Positions 1 to 8,337 of a stretch of 35,456 nt of DNA are shown here, in pieces. The stretch comes from a virus (Duplodnaviria > Caudoviricetes). Both the position numbers and the translations under genes were made by a program. Positions within the stretch are counted from its first letter, which is position 1. Each line of letters opens with the position of its first letter. The notes beneath the pieces were generated by a model. The model saw only the letters and a list, made by a program, of their open reading frames with translations. It was not told the DNA's origin and searched no databases. The stretch lies in IMG/VR virus record IMGVR_UViG_3300016476_000462, positions 1 through 35,456 of that record; one strand, written 5' to 3'.

Positions 1-32
1 AGCAGCGACCGAAGGCATTTTTTATTTGTGTT

Positions 33-335
33 ATGCCACAACAACAAACAATTTTTAATTACAGTCACGCCGCAATTATTGGTGTTGAGGAGTATGTTTT
101 AGCATTGTTTTTAAAGGATAATTTTGGGATAAATAACCATTCTCAAAAACCTTTGTCAGTTGCTAAAATGGCAGCAGAGATTAATTTTTTTACTGCAAAG
201 CAATTAAAACGCATTATTAAAAGCCTTGAAGATCGCGGCTGGATAACTGCTGAAAAAATTAACGCAAAATTATACGATCAATCAAAGGCTTACAAATTTA
301 CAGAAAAGTTCTACCAATTAACAACGCCGTTTTAA
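33..335 (+). CDS. Winged-helix DNA-binding protein
   Basis: SVAKMAAEINFFTAKQLKRIIKSLEDRGWI helix-turn-helix followed by a wing; lies next to the initiator. Confidence 0.65.
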   Translation: MPQQQTIFNYSHAAIIGVEEYVLALFLKDNFGINNHSQKPLSVAKMAAEINFFTAKQLKRIIKSLEDRGWITAEKINAKLYDQSKAYKFTEKFYQLTTPF

Positions 336-338
336 GCT

Positions 339-1226
339 ATGATAAACATAGATACAAGACTTTTGACTTCTGATATTTCAGATGGCGAACTTCGCCTACT
401 TATGACCATTGCCAGTTTTATAAATGAAAATATGAAGGCATGGCCAAGCAATGCAAAAATTTTAGAGCGTACCGGCTGGAGCCTTGGTAAATTACAATTA
501 ACAAAAAAGGCGCTAGAGGAAAAAGGGCTTTTAAAGATTGAAAGCAGGCACAGAGATAACGCCCAAACCTCAAACGTTTACACCCTTAACTGTCCGCTTA
601 TTGGTGTTTATGTACAGGCTAATAAAATAAAATTAGAAGAGCAGGAGGGGTATCAAAAATCGAGTATGGGGGATGATAAAAATAAAGTATGGGGGGTGTC
701 AATAATCGAGCAGGGGGGCTATCAAAAATCGAGCAACGAAGTATTAACTAATGAAGTATTAACTAATGAAGTATTAATCAATAATAATACTGTAAGCGCT
801 AACGCGCAACAGCGAGTTTCTTCTAACAATTTAAAACCATCAACCTTAGAAGAAGAACCTTTGAAAGAAAAGGTACACCGGGCCGACGTATTACAAAAAA
901 GTATAATAAGTGGGCAGGCCGTAGCCGAGCACCTAGGACTTGCAAGTAGGCAGGATCTAGTTAAAGCGTTTGATGAGTACCTAGAGTACCGAAAAGAAAT
1001 GCGCTTTAAAAAGTACGCAAGTGTTCAAACAGCAGCGCTTGCAATGAAGCTGCTAAAAACGTGCGCCGAGCGCTCTAGGTGTACACCCATGGAAATAATA
1101 GACCAAACCCGGGCGAACCTTTGGCAGGGTATGCAAGACTTGAAGCGCGCACCGCAGCCTAAGGCGCAGGAATGGAACCCGAAGAAAATACCGGCGTACG
1201 CGCCAGATCATGAACAACCTTTTTAG
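339..1226 (+). CDS. Replication initiator (lambda O/DnaD-like architecture, N-terminal wHTH)
   Basis: AWPSNAKILERTGWSLGKL..LEEKGLL wHTH; SNVYTL motif; internal iterons; followed by a helicase loader. Confidence 0.85.
   Translation: MINIDTRLLTSDISDGELRLLMTIASFINENMKAWPSNAKILERTGWSLGKLQLTKKALEEKGLLKIESRHRDNAQTSNVYTLNCPLIGVYVQANKIKLEEQEGYQKSSMGDDKNKVWGVSIIEQGGYQKSSNEVLTNEVLTNEVLINNNTVSANAQQRVSSNNLKPSTLEEEPLKEKVHRADVLQKSIISGQAVAEHLGLASRQDLVKAFDEYLEYRKEMRFKKYASVQTAALAMKLLKTCAERSRCTPMEIIDQTRANLWQGMQDLKRAPQPKAQEWNPKKIPAYAPDHEQPF
639..730. repeat. Four tandem 23-bp iterons, probable replication origin
   Basis: GAGCAGGAGGGGTATCAAAAATC / GAGTATGGGGGATGATAAAAATA / AAGTATGGGGGGTGTCAATAATC / GAGCAGGGGGGCTATCAAAAATC; the period is not a multiple of 3. 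Confidence 0.85.
735..779. repeat. Three AT-rich 15-bp repeats, candidate DNA unwinding element
   Basis: AAYGAAGTATTAACT twice plus AATGAAGTATTAATC, directly after the iterons. Confidence 0.8.
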
Positions 1227-1228
1227 AT

Positions 1229-2035
1229 ATGGAACAAGATTTTGATTTTTCGCAGTATACCCAACATTCAGCCGAGCAGTTGCGCGAGCGGATGACAAAC
1301 CGCCAGCACGTTATCGCACCTATTCCACACGACCCAGAAGCAGCCCTTAGAGAAGCTGAATACTGGAAGCGGGTAAGAAGTACCAAGAAAGCGGAGTTAA
1401 GGCCTTACAGGCCAGATTACACGCCTCAAATGGAATTTGGAGAGGCGCGCACAAAGTTTGGCAAGCTGGTTCAATTAAGGCAAGCAGAACTTGCAATATT
1501 TAAGCGCCGGCAAGACTTTAAAATAACATTCACGCCCGAACAGGCGCAAATAGTGCGGGACCTTTTAAAGTGGTTTATAAACGACGAAAGCGGAAGCCTG
1601 CCAATACATAAAGGCTTTTATTTATACGGAAGTCCTGGCACGTTTAAAACCGAAATAGTGAAGCTGCTTTGTAAGTTCGCGCAGCAAGAACAGCTACCCA
1701 AGGCGCTGCAATTTATGGATATTAGCCAGATCAGCGACGAGCTGCTGGCCAAGGGGCCCGACGTGCTGGAGCAGGTCCGTATGTATGACCGCGTATTTGA
1801 TGAGTGGGGGCGAAAAACACTACCGGTTTCCTACTTCGGCAACAAAGTAGATCCTGCCGAGTGGGCCTTAGAGATGCGCTACAAACGTTTTAAGTCCTTC
1901 GGGCAGATTACTTGCTTTATTAGCAATTTCGACCCGCAGACCCTGGAAAAGAACTTATCGGAAATGGCTTTTGATCGGCTCGGGGAAATGGCGACCTCTG
2001 TGCGGATGCCTGGCGAAAGTAGGCGCAATTCTTAG
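1229..2035 (+). CDS. DnaC/IstB-like AAA+ helicase loader
   Basis: Walker A YLYGSPGTFKT, Walker B-like RVFDEWG, ISN, and C-terminal DRL..M...GESRR; follows the initiator. Confidence 0.85.
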   Translation: MEQDFDFSQYTQHSAEQLRERMTNRQHVIAPIPHDPEAALREAEYWKRVRSTKKAELRPYRPDYTPQMEFGEARTKFGKLVQLRQAELAIFKRRQDFKITFTPEQAQIVRDLLKWFINDESGSLPIHKGFYLYGSPGTFKTEIVKLLCKFAQQEQLPKALQFMDISQISDELLAKGPDVLEQVRMYDRVFDEWGRKTLPVSYFGNKVDPAEWALEMRYKRFKSFGQITCFISNFDPQTLEKNLSEMAFDRLGEMATSVRMPGESRRNS

Positions 2036-2047
2036 CCGTTAAAAGAA

Positions 2048-2104
2048 AATAAAAATATTTTTGGTTTAGTACTTGCAAATATCGCGGGGATATATTTACC
2101 TTTG
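2048..2104 (+). promoter_or_regulatory. Bacteroidota housekeeping-type promoter with a partial operator palindrome upstream
   Basis: TTG at 2073-2075, TACCTTTG at 2097-2104, ATAAAAATATTTTT at 2049-2062. Confidence 0.7.
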
Positions 2105-2147
2105 GCATACAATTAACAAACAACGGTAACGACAAAAGGTATTTATT

Positions 2148-2468
2148 ATGAACACTCAAGTAGAGCTTTCAAAAATTGCAATTAACGAGCAAATAGTTTG
2201 GTCTGGCAAAAATCAAGATTTATTTAATGGCACAATAGTACAGGTGACAGAAAAAGCGGTTAAAGTGGATTATTGCTTTGAAAGTGTATGGTCAAATTGT
2301 GCAATTACGGTTTACAGCTTTTCTACATGGATCCCTAAGTCCGTTTTAATTCACAACGAACTTGGATGCCTAACTGTAAAAAAGTGGTTTATTAATAAGT
2401 TTGATGGATCATCTTCTTACAGGATAAAAAGATACTATCAAAAGGGCGAAGAAAAAATATTTGTTTAA
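2148..2468 (+). CDS. Hypothetical early protein
   Basis: First ORF after the promoter; TEKAV...WIPKS motif common in small phage beta proteins. Confidence 0.7.
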   Translation: MNTQVELSKIAINEQIVWSGKNQDLFNGTIVQVTEKAVKVDYCFESVWSNCAITVYSFSTWIPKSVLIHNELGCLTVKKWFINKFDGSSSYRIKRYYQKGEEKIFV

Positions 2469-2632
2469 AAACAATGAAAAAGACGGCTTTGTTATAACAA
2501 CAAGAAAAGAAAGTACTTGCTTGTTGACAGTCGGCGAAAGATCTGAATCAGGATGCTGGATAGCGGGTAGACACAAAAATTACTACCTTAAGCCTGCCGA
2601 TACTAAATAAATTATTCTAATTTTTGAACGCT

Positions 2633-2836
2633 ATGGAAAAGACAGTTAAGCAATATTTAGAAGAGCATAATGGAGAATGGGCTAAAAGAGCTTTGAAAAT
2701 TATGCCAAGGCATTATAACACCGGTACATTAAATAACCCTTCTTTATCTGATTTTTCTTGTTTTGATTTTGCGTTTGATGGAATGGATAAGAAATTTGAA
2801 TATTGGTATTTTACCTATAAATATATCAAACAATAA
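2633..2836 (+). CDS. Small hypothetical protein, apparent paralog of 2849..3070
   Basis: ATG at 2633; KTVKQYLEE..WAKRAL..YW. Confidence 0.6.
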   Translation: MEKTVKQYLEEHNGEWAKRALKIMPRHYNTGTLNNPSLSDFSCFDFAFDGMDKKFEYWYFTYKYIKQ

Positions 2837-2848
2837 CAATATTTCTAA

Positions 2849-3070
2849 ATGAAAAAGACGTACAGACAACACCTAGCAGAATGTGCCGAGCCTTGGGCGG
2901 CAGACGCACTACAATACCTGGAAGAGGATGGCCAAATGGCAGACATGGAAACGGGATACCTAAGTGAGGCAATAGGCGGCGGCTTTCTTTGGGCTACCAC
3001 AAAACCTGGGCAAGGCGTTGCTTACTGGCGCTCTATTTATTGGAAAGTAAAAGCAAAAGAAAATGGTTGA
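2849..3070 (+). CDS. Small hypothetical protein
   Basis: KTYRQHLAE..WAADAL..FLW..YW; A-rich start region. Confidence 0.7.
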   Translation: MKKTYRQHLAECAEPWAADALQYLEEDGQMADMETGYLSEAIGGGFLWATTKPGQGVAYWRSIYWKVKAKENG

Positions 3071-3311
3071 AATAAAAAAGTTAAAAGCCGACTGGCTTGA
3101 GGTTGAGCCGATTATTAGAGGCTGCCATACAGCCGGCCCTGCGCGGGCGGATGCTCTTAACGCATTTTTTCGCGTCAATGGCTTTACCCGTAACACAGCA
3201 ACAACGGTTTGCAACGACGTGCTAATTGTCCGTGCTTGGCTTCATTTGATACACGATGCGCCGAACGTTAAAAAACTAGACCACTTTTTAAAGGCTTACG
3301 CGAACTATTAA
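3063..3311 (+). CDS. Hypothetical protein
   Basis: Start overlaps the upstream gene in a tightly packed operon. Confidence 0.6.
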   Translation: MVEIKKLKADWLEVEPIIRGCHTAGPARADALNAFFRVNGFTRNTATTVCNDVLIVRAWLHLIHDAPNVKKLDHFLKAYANY

Positions 3312-3316
3312 AAAAC

Positions 3317-3622
3317 ATGAAAAAAAAGAACCCAATTATCACGGCCATAATAGGCGCGCTGCCCTCGATTATAACGGCGCTAAAACGCGGCAAGCAGCAA
3401 CAAGCGGTGCCTGCCAGCGCCTACGGCTATACGCAGGACTTACCAAGCTGGGCCAAGTATTTGACCTTGGACACTGATGGATCCGTTACAGCACATGAGC
3501 AAATGCCGCAAGCAAAGCAAGCGGATGGAGCACCTAAATACATTTACTGGGTAAGCGAAGGAAGAAACGAAGAAGTGACCGCGAGCGTAATTATTCCGAA
3601 GGTATGGAGGGTAAAAAAGTAG
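3317..3622 (+). CDS. Hypothetical protein with a PxWxxYxxxDxDG domain
   Basis: LPSWAKYLTLDTDGSV resembles the repeats in 3942..4853. Confidence 0.65.
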   Translation: MKKKNPIITAIIGALPSIITALKRGKQQQAVPASAYGYTQDLPSWAKYLTLDTDGSVTAHEQMPQAKQADGAPKYIYWVSEGRNEEVTASVIIPKVWRVKK

Positions 3623-3945
3623 AAACTGCCAACCGCATAACTGCTAATATTATGCGCGTGGTAAATATGCAGCCCGGCTGCGTAGCCGCACGGATTAACA
3701 CAGTAGGGGTTTGGGATGCAGCGAAGAAGGTGCACCGGAAAGGAGGCAGCACGCCAGGGGTGGAGGATATTATTTGCGTGGTGCGTGGTAAGTATGTAGG
3801 CATTGAAGTAAAGGCGGGAAAAGACCGCCAAAATGAAAACCAGAAGAAAAGGCAGTTTGAGGTGGAGCGGGCCGAGGGAGTTTATTTTATTGCCCGCTCA
3901 ACCGATGATTTTTTAGAATTTTTTAAACAATTATTGACGCAATGA
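3604..3945 (+). CDS. VRR-NUC family nuclease (possible junction resolvase)
   Basis: GVEDII...GIEVKAGKDRQNENQK PD-(D/E)XK pattern. Confidence 0.85.
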   Translation: MEGKKVETANRITANIMRVVNMQPGCVAARINTVGVWDAAKKVHRKGGSTPGVEDIICVVRGKYVGIEVKAGKDRQNENQKKRQFEVERAEGVYFIARSTDDFLEFFKQLLTQ

Positions 3946-4853
3946 TAGATAAGGATTTTGAATTAAAGAGTGAAGCTGCCGAACAGCCGGAGCCTAAAAA
4001 ACTAACTGCTTCGGATATACCTGAGGGATATAACTACGCGGCTGTCGACTCCGATGGTAGAGCTAACGGCTATAAAGATTTGCCCGAACTTTTCGAATGG
4101 CAATATGATTCAGCTTATGATTCAAAAGTTAAATATTTAGATCATAAGAAATTTATAGGTATAGGCTATGACATAACAGATTGGCGAAACAGCCTTGTAA
4201 CGCGCGAGGCTGCCGAACGGCCGCAACTTAAAAAACTAACTGCTGCGGATATACCGGATGGGTATAATTATGCGGCGGTAGATGCGAGCGGTAATGGCTT
4301 TACATATCAAGGTAAGCCCAAAAGGCTTAATACAATATGGGTCAATACTGATGATATGGACCATGTTCCTATCGGCTCCTTTGATGCTACCGATTGGCAA
4401 AACAGCCTTGTATCGCGCTACAGTCAAGAAATTAATAAAACTTCACTATTGTCCGTTTCAGAATTCGGGCAATTAGTTCAAGAAATACAAAAAAACAAAA
4501 AAGAGGCCAACGAGGCAGAGGCAATAAAAGATCAACAAGACAAGCCTTCATTCCTAGAAATAGACCCTAACTTTTTGGAGGCGATGGCCTGGCGCATGAC
4601 AGCCAACAAAGGCAAGTACCCTGTAAACAACTGGAAAGGTCTAACAGACCGCTTTGCAATCTTAGACGCAATTTACAGGCACGCTAACGACATAAAGCGC
4701 ATACTTGAAGGAGGAGAAAGTTTGACAGGAGAAACAATACAAAAACATTGTGCTGCTATTGCATGCAATGCACAGTTTTTATTTTATCATTCACCAGAAA
4801 ATCAATGGGAGCGAGCCGCGAGAAGCCGCCAGTCTAACGCAAAAGAAATTTAA
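3942..4853 (+). CDS. Two-repeat N-terminus fused to a DUF5664-like dATP/dGTP diphosphohydrolase domain
   Basis: C-terminal KPSF..KYPVNNWK..DAIYRH..H.AAIACN matches the DUF5664 pattern. Confidence 0.7.
   Translation: MIDKDFELKSEAAEQPEPKKLTASDIPEGYNYAAVDSDGRANGYKDLPELFEWQYDSAYDSKVKYLDHKKFIGIGYDITDWRNSLVTREAAERPQLKKLTAADIPDGYNYAAVDASGNGFTYQGKPKRLNTIWVNTDDMDHVPIGSFDATDWQNSLVSRYSQEINKTSLLSVSEFGQLVQEIQKNKKEANEAEAIKDQQDKPSFLEIDPNFLEAMAWRMTANKGKYPVNNWKGLTDRFAILDAIYRHANDIKRILEGGESLTGETIQKHCAAIACNAQFLFYHSPENQWERAARSRQSNAKEI
3975..4418 (+). repeat. Intragenic domain duplication (about 3975-4205 and 4209-4418)
   Basis: KKLTA.DIP.GYNYAAVD..G...D.TDW.NSLV.R occurs twice, with DNA-level similarity. Confidence 0.9.
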
Positions 4854-4857
4854 AACT

Positions 4858-5262
4858 ATGGTTCACCAAAATACAATACTTGCATACAAAGCCAACGCAG
4901 GCCAGCGCAACCGGCAACTAGACAAAGTTTTTGATTATCTGTTTGCCAGAACAGAAACACAAGGCGTAACAGCTGAAGAAATAGGAGCGGTTTTGAAACT
5001 GCCCAAAAGCACGGTGCACGCACGGCTGAATGATCTTAAAGTTGGCTACTACTACAAAGGCGCGTACTACTTCCTAGAGGAGTCAGGTGTACACAACAAA
5101 GAAAAAGGTAGAGCACTAACGCTTTACTCCTTAACGCTTACCGAACCCGACCCAAAAGAACTGTACAAGGCAGAAATTAAAAGCCTTGAACGAAAGATAC
5201 AAAGGCAGAAAGAGCGGTTAGCTGTTTTAGTTTCTGGCCTTAAATTTGAAAACGAAAGGTAA
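4858..5262 (+). CDS. Winged HTH protein with C-terminal coiled coil
   Basis: ATG at 4858 preferred; TAEEIGAVLKLPKSTVHARLNDL. Confidence 0.75.
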   Translation: MVHQNTILAYKANAGQRNRQLDKVFDYLFARTETQGVTAEEIGAVLKLPKSTVHARLNDLKVGYYYKGAYYFLEESGVHNKEKGRALTLYSLTLTEPDPKELYKAEIKSLERKIQRQKERLAVLVSGLKFENER

Positions 5263-5290
5263 TTTTTCAACATTCAAAAAAATAAAAATC

Positions 5291-5416
5291 ATGGACATTA
5301 AAGCACTTATCTACGCAGTTGCACAGGTTGTTTTTGTGATTGGCCTAGCGGTTAGCATTTACGAGCTATTCAAATTTTTAAACGGCGCATACAAAAATTT
5401 ATTTAAACGTTCGTAA
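5291..5416 (+). CDS. 41-aa single-TM membrane protein (not in the ORF track)
   Basis: MDIKALIYAVAQVVFVIGLAVSIYELFKFLNGAYKNLFKRS; A-rich leader. Confidence 0.65.
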   Translation: MDIKALIYAVAQVVFVIGLAVSIYELFKFLNGAYKNLFKRS

Positions 5417-5425
5417 AATCGCGCG

Positions 5426-5433
5426 TAACTTTG
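5426..5433 (+). promoter_or_regulatory. -7 element immediately before the endolysin start
   Basis: TAACTTTG followed by 4 nt and then ATG. Confidence 0.55.
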
Positions 5434-5437
5434 CGCT

Positions 5438-5884
5438 ATGCACTTAGGTAAATACTTTACATTGGAAGAAATGACGCGCAGCCGCAAAGCGCGCATGTTA
5501 AAAATTGAGAACAACCCGAACGCGGAGCAAATTGAAAATCTGCGCGCCTTGGTTAAACAGCTTGACTGGCTGCGGGAGTACATAGGGCGGCCGATTGTCG
5601 TTACTTCGGGGTATAGGAACCACGCCGTGAACAGGGCCGTAGGCGGTTCGAAGAACAGCGATCACCTTAGAGGCCAGGCGGCAGACATTCACGTTCCCGG
5701 ATGGAGTACTCAAAAGTTATTCGACACCATTCGAAATAGTGGTATAGTTTTTGATCAACTAATACAAGAATTTGACAGTTGGGTACATATCAGCTACGAC
5801 CTCAAGCATAACAAGCGCGAGGCGATGTATGCCTACTACGAAAACGGAGAAAAGAAAATCGGCCCAGAAAAGCCTAAGAAATGA
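5438..5884 (+). CDS. Peptidase M15A family endolysin
   Basis: SGYR, SDHLRGQAADI (HxxxxxxD) and WVHIS zinc motifs. Confidence 0.9.
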   Translation: MHLGKYFTLEEMTRSRKARMLKIENNPNAEQIENLRALVKQLDWLREYIGRPIVVTSGYRNHAVNRAVGGSKNSDHLRGQAADIHVPGWSTQKLFDTIRNSGIVFDQLIQEFDSWVHISYDLKHNKREAMYAYYENGEKKIGPEKPKK

Positions 5885-6060
5885 AGCTATTTACAAAACG
5901 CGCTTGGATAGCAGAGTACGTAAAGCAGCGGAAAGCAAAAGAGCAACCGGACTACGCAGCAGCAGAGCGCGATTTTTGTAGGCTAGTGGAGCAGGGCGTA
6001 ATTTACGAAGTGCAAAAAATAGGCATAGCGCAGCAAGTGAGCGCATACGCAGTGAGATAA
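5881..6060 (+). CDS. 59-aa hypothetical protein (not in the ORF track)
   Basis: ATGA overlap with the endolysin stop; MKLFTKRAWIAEYVKQ...AYAVR. Confidence 0.6.
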   Translation: MKLFTKRAWIAEYVKQRKAKEQPDYAAAERDFCRLVEQGVIYEVQKIGIAQQVSAYAVR

Positions 6061-6158
6061 ATGTTAGGAAGCGGGTAAAGCTGTAAAGTTTTAGTTCGTA
6101 TGACCGAAAGTTTGAGATGGGAGGCCCTTGCAAAAGAGTGAGGGCCGACTTTTAAAAG

Positions 6159-6225
6159 GGGTGGAAGTGGTAGGCCGGCGTTTGAAAGCCGTTGGTCAGC
6201 CTAGGTTCGATTCCTAGGCCACCCG
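6159..6225 (+). ncRNA. tRNA-like element lacking a D-stem
   Basis: Acceptor-like GGGTGG/CCACCC; T-arm CCTAGG-TTCGATT-CCTAGG; D-loop-like AGTGGTA; central stem GGCCGGCG/CGTTGGTC; no encoded CCA. Confidence 0.65.
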
Positions 6226-6271
6226 CAAGTTAAGAAGTAGATAAAGTACGTTTTGATTTTTGGAGGATGCT

Positions 6272-6300
6272 AACCGGCTGCTGTAATGGTGGCCGGTTTT
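6272..6300 (+). terminator. Hairpin with a short U-tract
   Basis: AACCGGCTGCT-GTAAT-GGTGGCCGGTT TT. Confidence 0.55.
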
Positions 6301-6410
6301 CTTGGAGTTAAAAAAAACTGCCTGCTGGCCGGCGTTATATTTCTAACCATGGGAGGTATTTTTCGACCGCCGGCCGCAGGCATAAAATACACATTCAATT
6401 TCATCGTAAC

Positions 6411-6447
6411 GGGGCGCCGCTCTGCTGTAAAGTTGGGCGGCGTTTTT
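6411..6447 (+). terminator. Intrinsic terminator
   Basis: GGGCGCCGCTC...GGGCGGCGTTTTT. Confidence 0.65.
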
Positions 6448-6521
6448 AAAAGTAAACAAAACTGCAAAAAGCTATACATGAGAAAGTTGTCATAAGTAGA
6501 AAACCGCTAAAACTATACACG

Positions 6522-6740
6522 ATGTACACAGAAAAAGAAATAGAAGCAAAAATCACACTTTTAGTTAAAGAAAATAATGAGCTTATAGACTGGCTATCTT
6601 TAGGCAAAAACATATCTAAAATTGATGATACTACTTTTGGAATGATGCTTCTTTTAGAGAGCGTGCAAAAAGCATACTTAAATTCGTTAATATCCTTTAA
6701 GAACTATATTAGTGCAAACCCTGATGCGTATAAATATTAA
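6522..6740 (+). CDS. Hypothetical protein
   Basis: 72-aa AT-rich ORF overlapping the methyltransferase start. Confidence 0.55.
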   Translation: MYTEKEIEAKITLLVKENNELIDWLSLGKNISKIDDTTFGMMLLLESVQKAYLNSLISFKNYISANPDAYKY

Positions 6741-8337
6741 AGACATAGTACCCAACCCGGCAAACCCGCGGGTTATCCGCGATGAGCAGTTCCGCAAGTT
6801 AAAGCAAAGCCTGGCGCAGTTCCCGCAGATGCTTGAAAAGCGGCCTATTGCAGTCACTAAAGAAGGCGGGAAGTATATCGCCCTCGGTGGCAACCAGCGT
6901 TTGCGTGCTTTGCTAGATCTTGAAAAAGAGATTGAGGAAAAGTGGTTCCAGCAAACCTATTATATTACCATAATTGAGGAGCAGATACTTGAAGGCTATT
7001 TTGCAACTGGCATTCCCGTTGTTGATTGTACCGAGCTTACACCGATGCAGCAAAAGCGGTTTATCATCGCTGATAACGTGCCTTTTGGAGAGTGGGACTG
7101 GGAAGGACTGGCAAATGAGTGGGATGTTGAAGAGTTGGCCGACTGGGGGCTAAGTGTGCCGGGTTGGGAGGCAACAGAAGACGAAAGCGAAAAAGCTAGT
7201 GACGAAGAACTAGACGAAAGCGCGGAAAGTGCAGAAGAGATACAAACAGATATAAAGCTAGGCGACCTGTTCGAGATAGGGCCTCACCGCCTTTTGTGTG
7301 GTGATAGTACCAGCGAGGCGGATGTTTCTAGGTTGATGAACGGCCGAAAGGCGGAGCTAGCGCACAATGATCCGCCGTACGGCATGAAAAAAGAAAAGGA
7401 TGGAGTATTGAATGACAATCTAAATTTTTCCGATTTACTAGATTTTAATAAAAAATGGATTAATATTCAATTTAATTATTTAAAAGAAAACGGGTCTTGG
7501 TATTGTTGGGGCATTGACGAACCTTTAATGGATATTTATAGCGAAATATTAAAGCCATTAATTAAGCAACAAAGGGCGACATTCAGAAATTTAATAACGT
7601 GGAACAAAGGGAACGGTCAGGGGCAAATGTCTGAAAATACTAGAATGTACGCAGTGGCAGACGAGAAGTGTCTTTTTGTTATGTGCGGAGTACAGGGTTT
7701 TAACGATAATGCAGATAATTACTTTGAAGGGCTTGAACCAATTAGAAAGTATTTATTAAATCAAAAAGAAGCGAGCAATTTAAGCAATAAAGAAATTCAA
7801 AGCCTTACAAGTACTTCTCATACCCACTATTGGTCTAGGTCGCAATGGCAGTTTCCAACTGAAAAAGATTACAATATATTAAGAAGCTACTGCGAACAAA
7901 ACGGAATAGACGCTTTTAAAAAAGAGTATGACGAACTCAAAAAAGAGTATGACGAACTCAAAAAAGAGTATTATTCTACTCGTGCATATTTTAACAACAC
8001 CCATGAAAACCAAAACAGCGTATGGAGTTTTGACAGAGCTGGACAGGTAGAAAGAGAGCTAACCGGCGGCCACGCAACACCAAAACCGATAGCGCTATGC
8101 TCTCGAGCCATTAAAAGCAGTTGCCCAGAAAAGGGTCTAGTTATTGATTTATTCCTCGGATCCGGTTCCACAATGGTAGCGGCGCAACAGTGCGGGCGCA
8201 CCTGTTACGGCTTAGAGCTGGATCCGAAGTACTGCCAAGTTATCGTCAATCGGATGCAGAAACTTTACCCAAGCCTACAAATAACTAAAAACGGACAACC
8301 CTATGCCACTACCAACACCACTACCGAAGGAGAATAA
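6712..8337 (+). CDS. ParB-like N-domain fused to a beta-class N6A/N4C DNA methyltransferase
   Basis: PNPANPR, GGNQR and IIADN (ParB/Srx); HRLLCGDST, NDPPY, HATPKP, DLFLGSGST. Confidence 0.92.
   Translation: MQTLMRINIKDIVPNPANPRVIRDEQFRKLKQSLAQFPQMLEKRPIAVTKEGGKYIALGGNQRLRALLDLEKEIEEKWFQQTYYITIIEEQILEGYFATGIPVVDCTELTPMQQKRFIIADNVPFGEWDWEGLANEWDVEELADWGLSVPGWEATEDESEKASDEELDESAESAEEIQTDIKLGDLFEIGPHRLLCGDSTSEADVSRLMNGRKAELAHNDPPYGMKKEKDGVLNDNLNFSDLLDFNKKWINIQFNYLKENGSWYCWGIDEPLMDIYSEILKPLIKQQRATFRNLITWNKGNGQGQMSENTRMYAVADEKCLFVMCGVQGFNDNADNYFEGLEPIRKYLLNQKEASNLSNKEIQSLTSTSHTHYWSRSQWQFPTEKDYNILRSYCEQNGIDAFKKEYDELKKEYDELKKEYYSTRAYFNNTHENQNSVWSFDRAGQVERELTGGHATPKPIALCSRAIKSSCPEKGLVIDLFLGSGSTMVAAQQCGRTCYGLELDPKYCQVIVNRMQKLYPSLQITKNGQPYATTNTTTEGE
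7918..7971 (+). repeat. 21-bp in-frame tandem repeat (KKEYDEL x2.5)
   Basis: AAAAAAGAGTATGACGAACTC twice plus a 12-bp partial copy. Confidence 0.95.

Noticed and set aside
4536-4853. 2-aminoadenine (Z) genome pathway suggested by the DUF5664-like domain
   Set aside because: No PurZ, DatZ or phage DNA polymerase recognised
6159-6228. Canonical tRNA-Phe(GAA) or an attP site
   Set aside because: No D-stem, irregular anticodon arm, no CCA and no integrase
6286-6495. 69-aa ORFs on both strands
   Set aside because: They cross several GC-rich hairpins and have weak starts; the region looks like structured RNA
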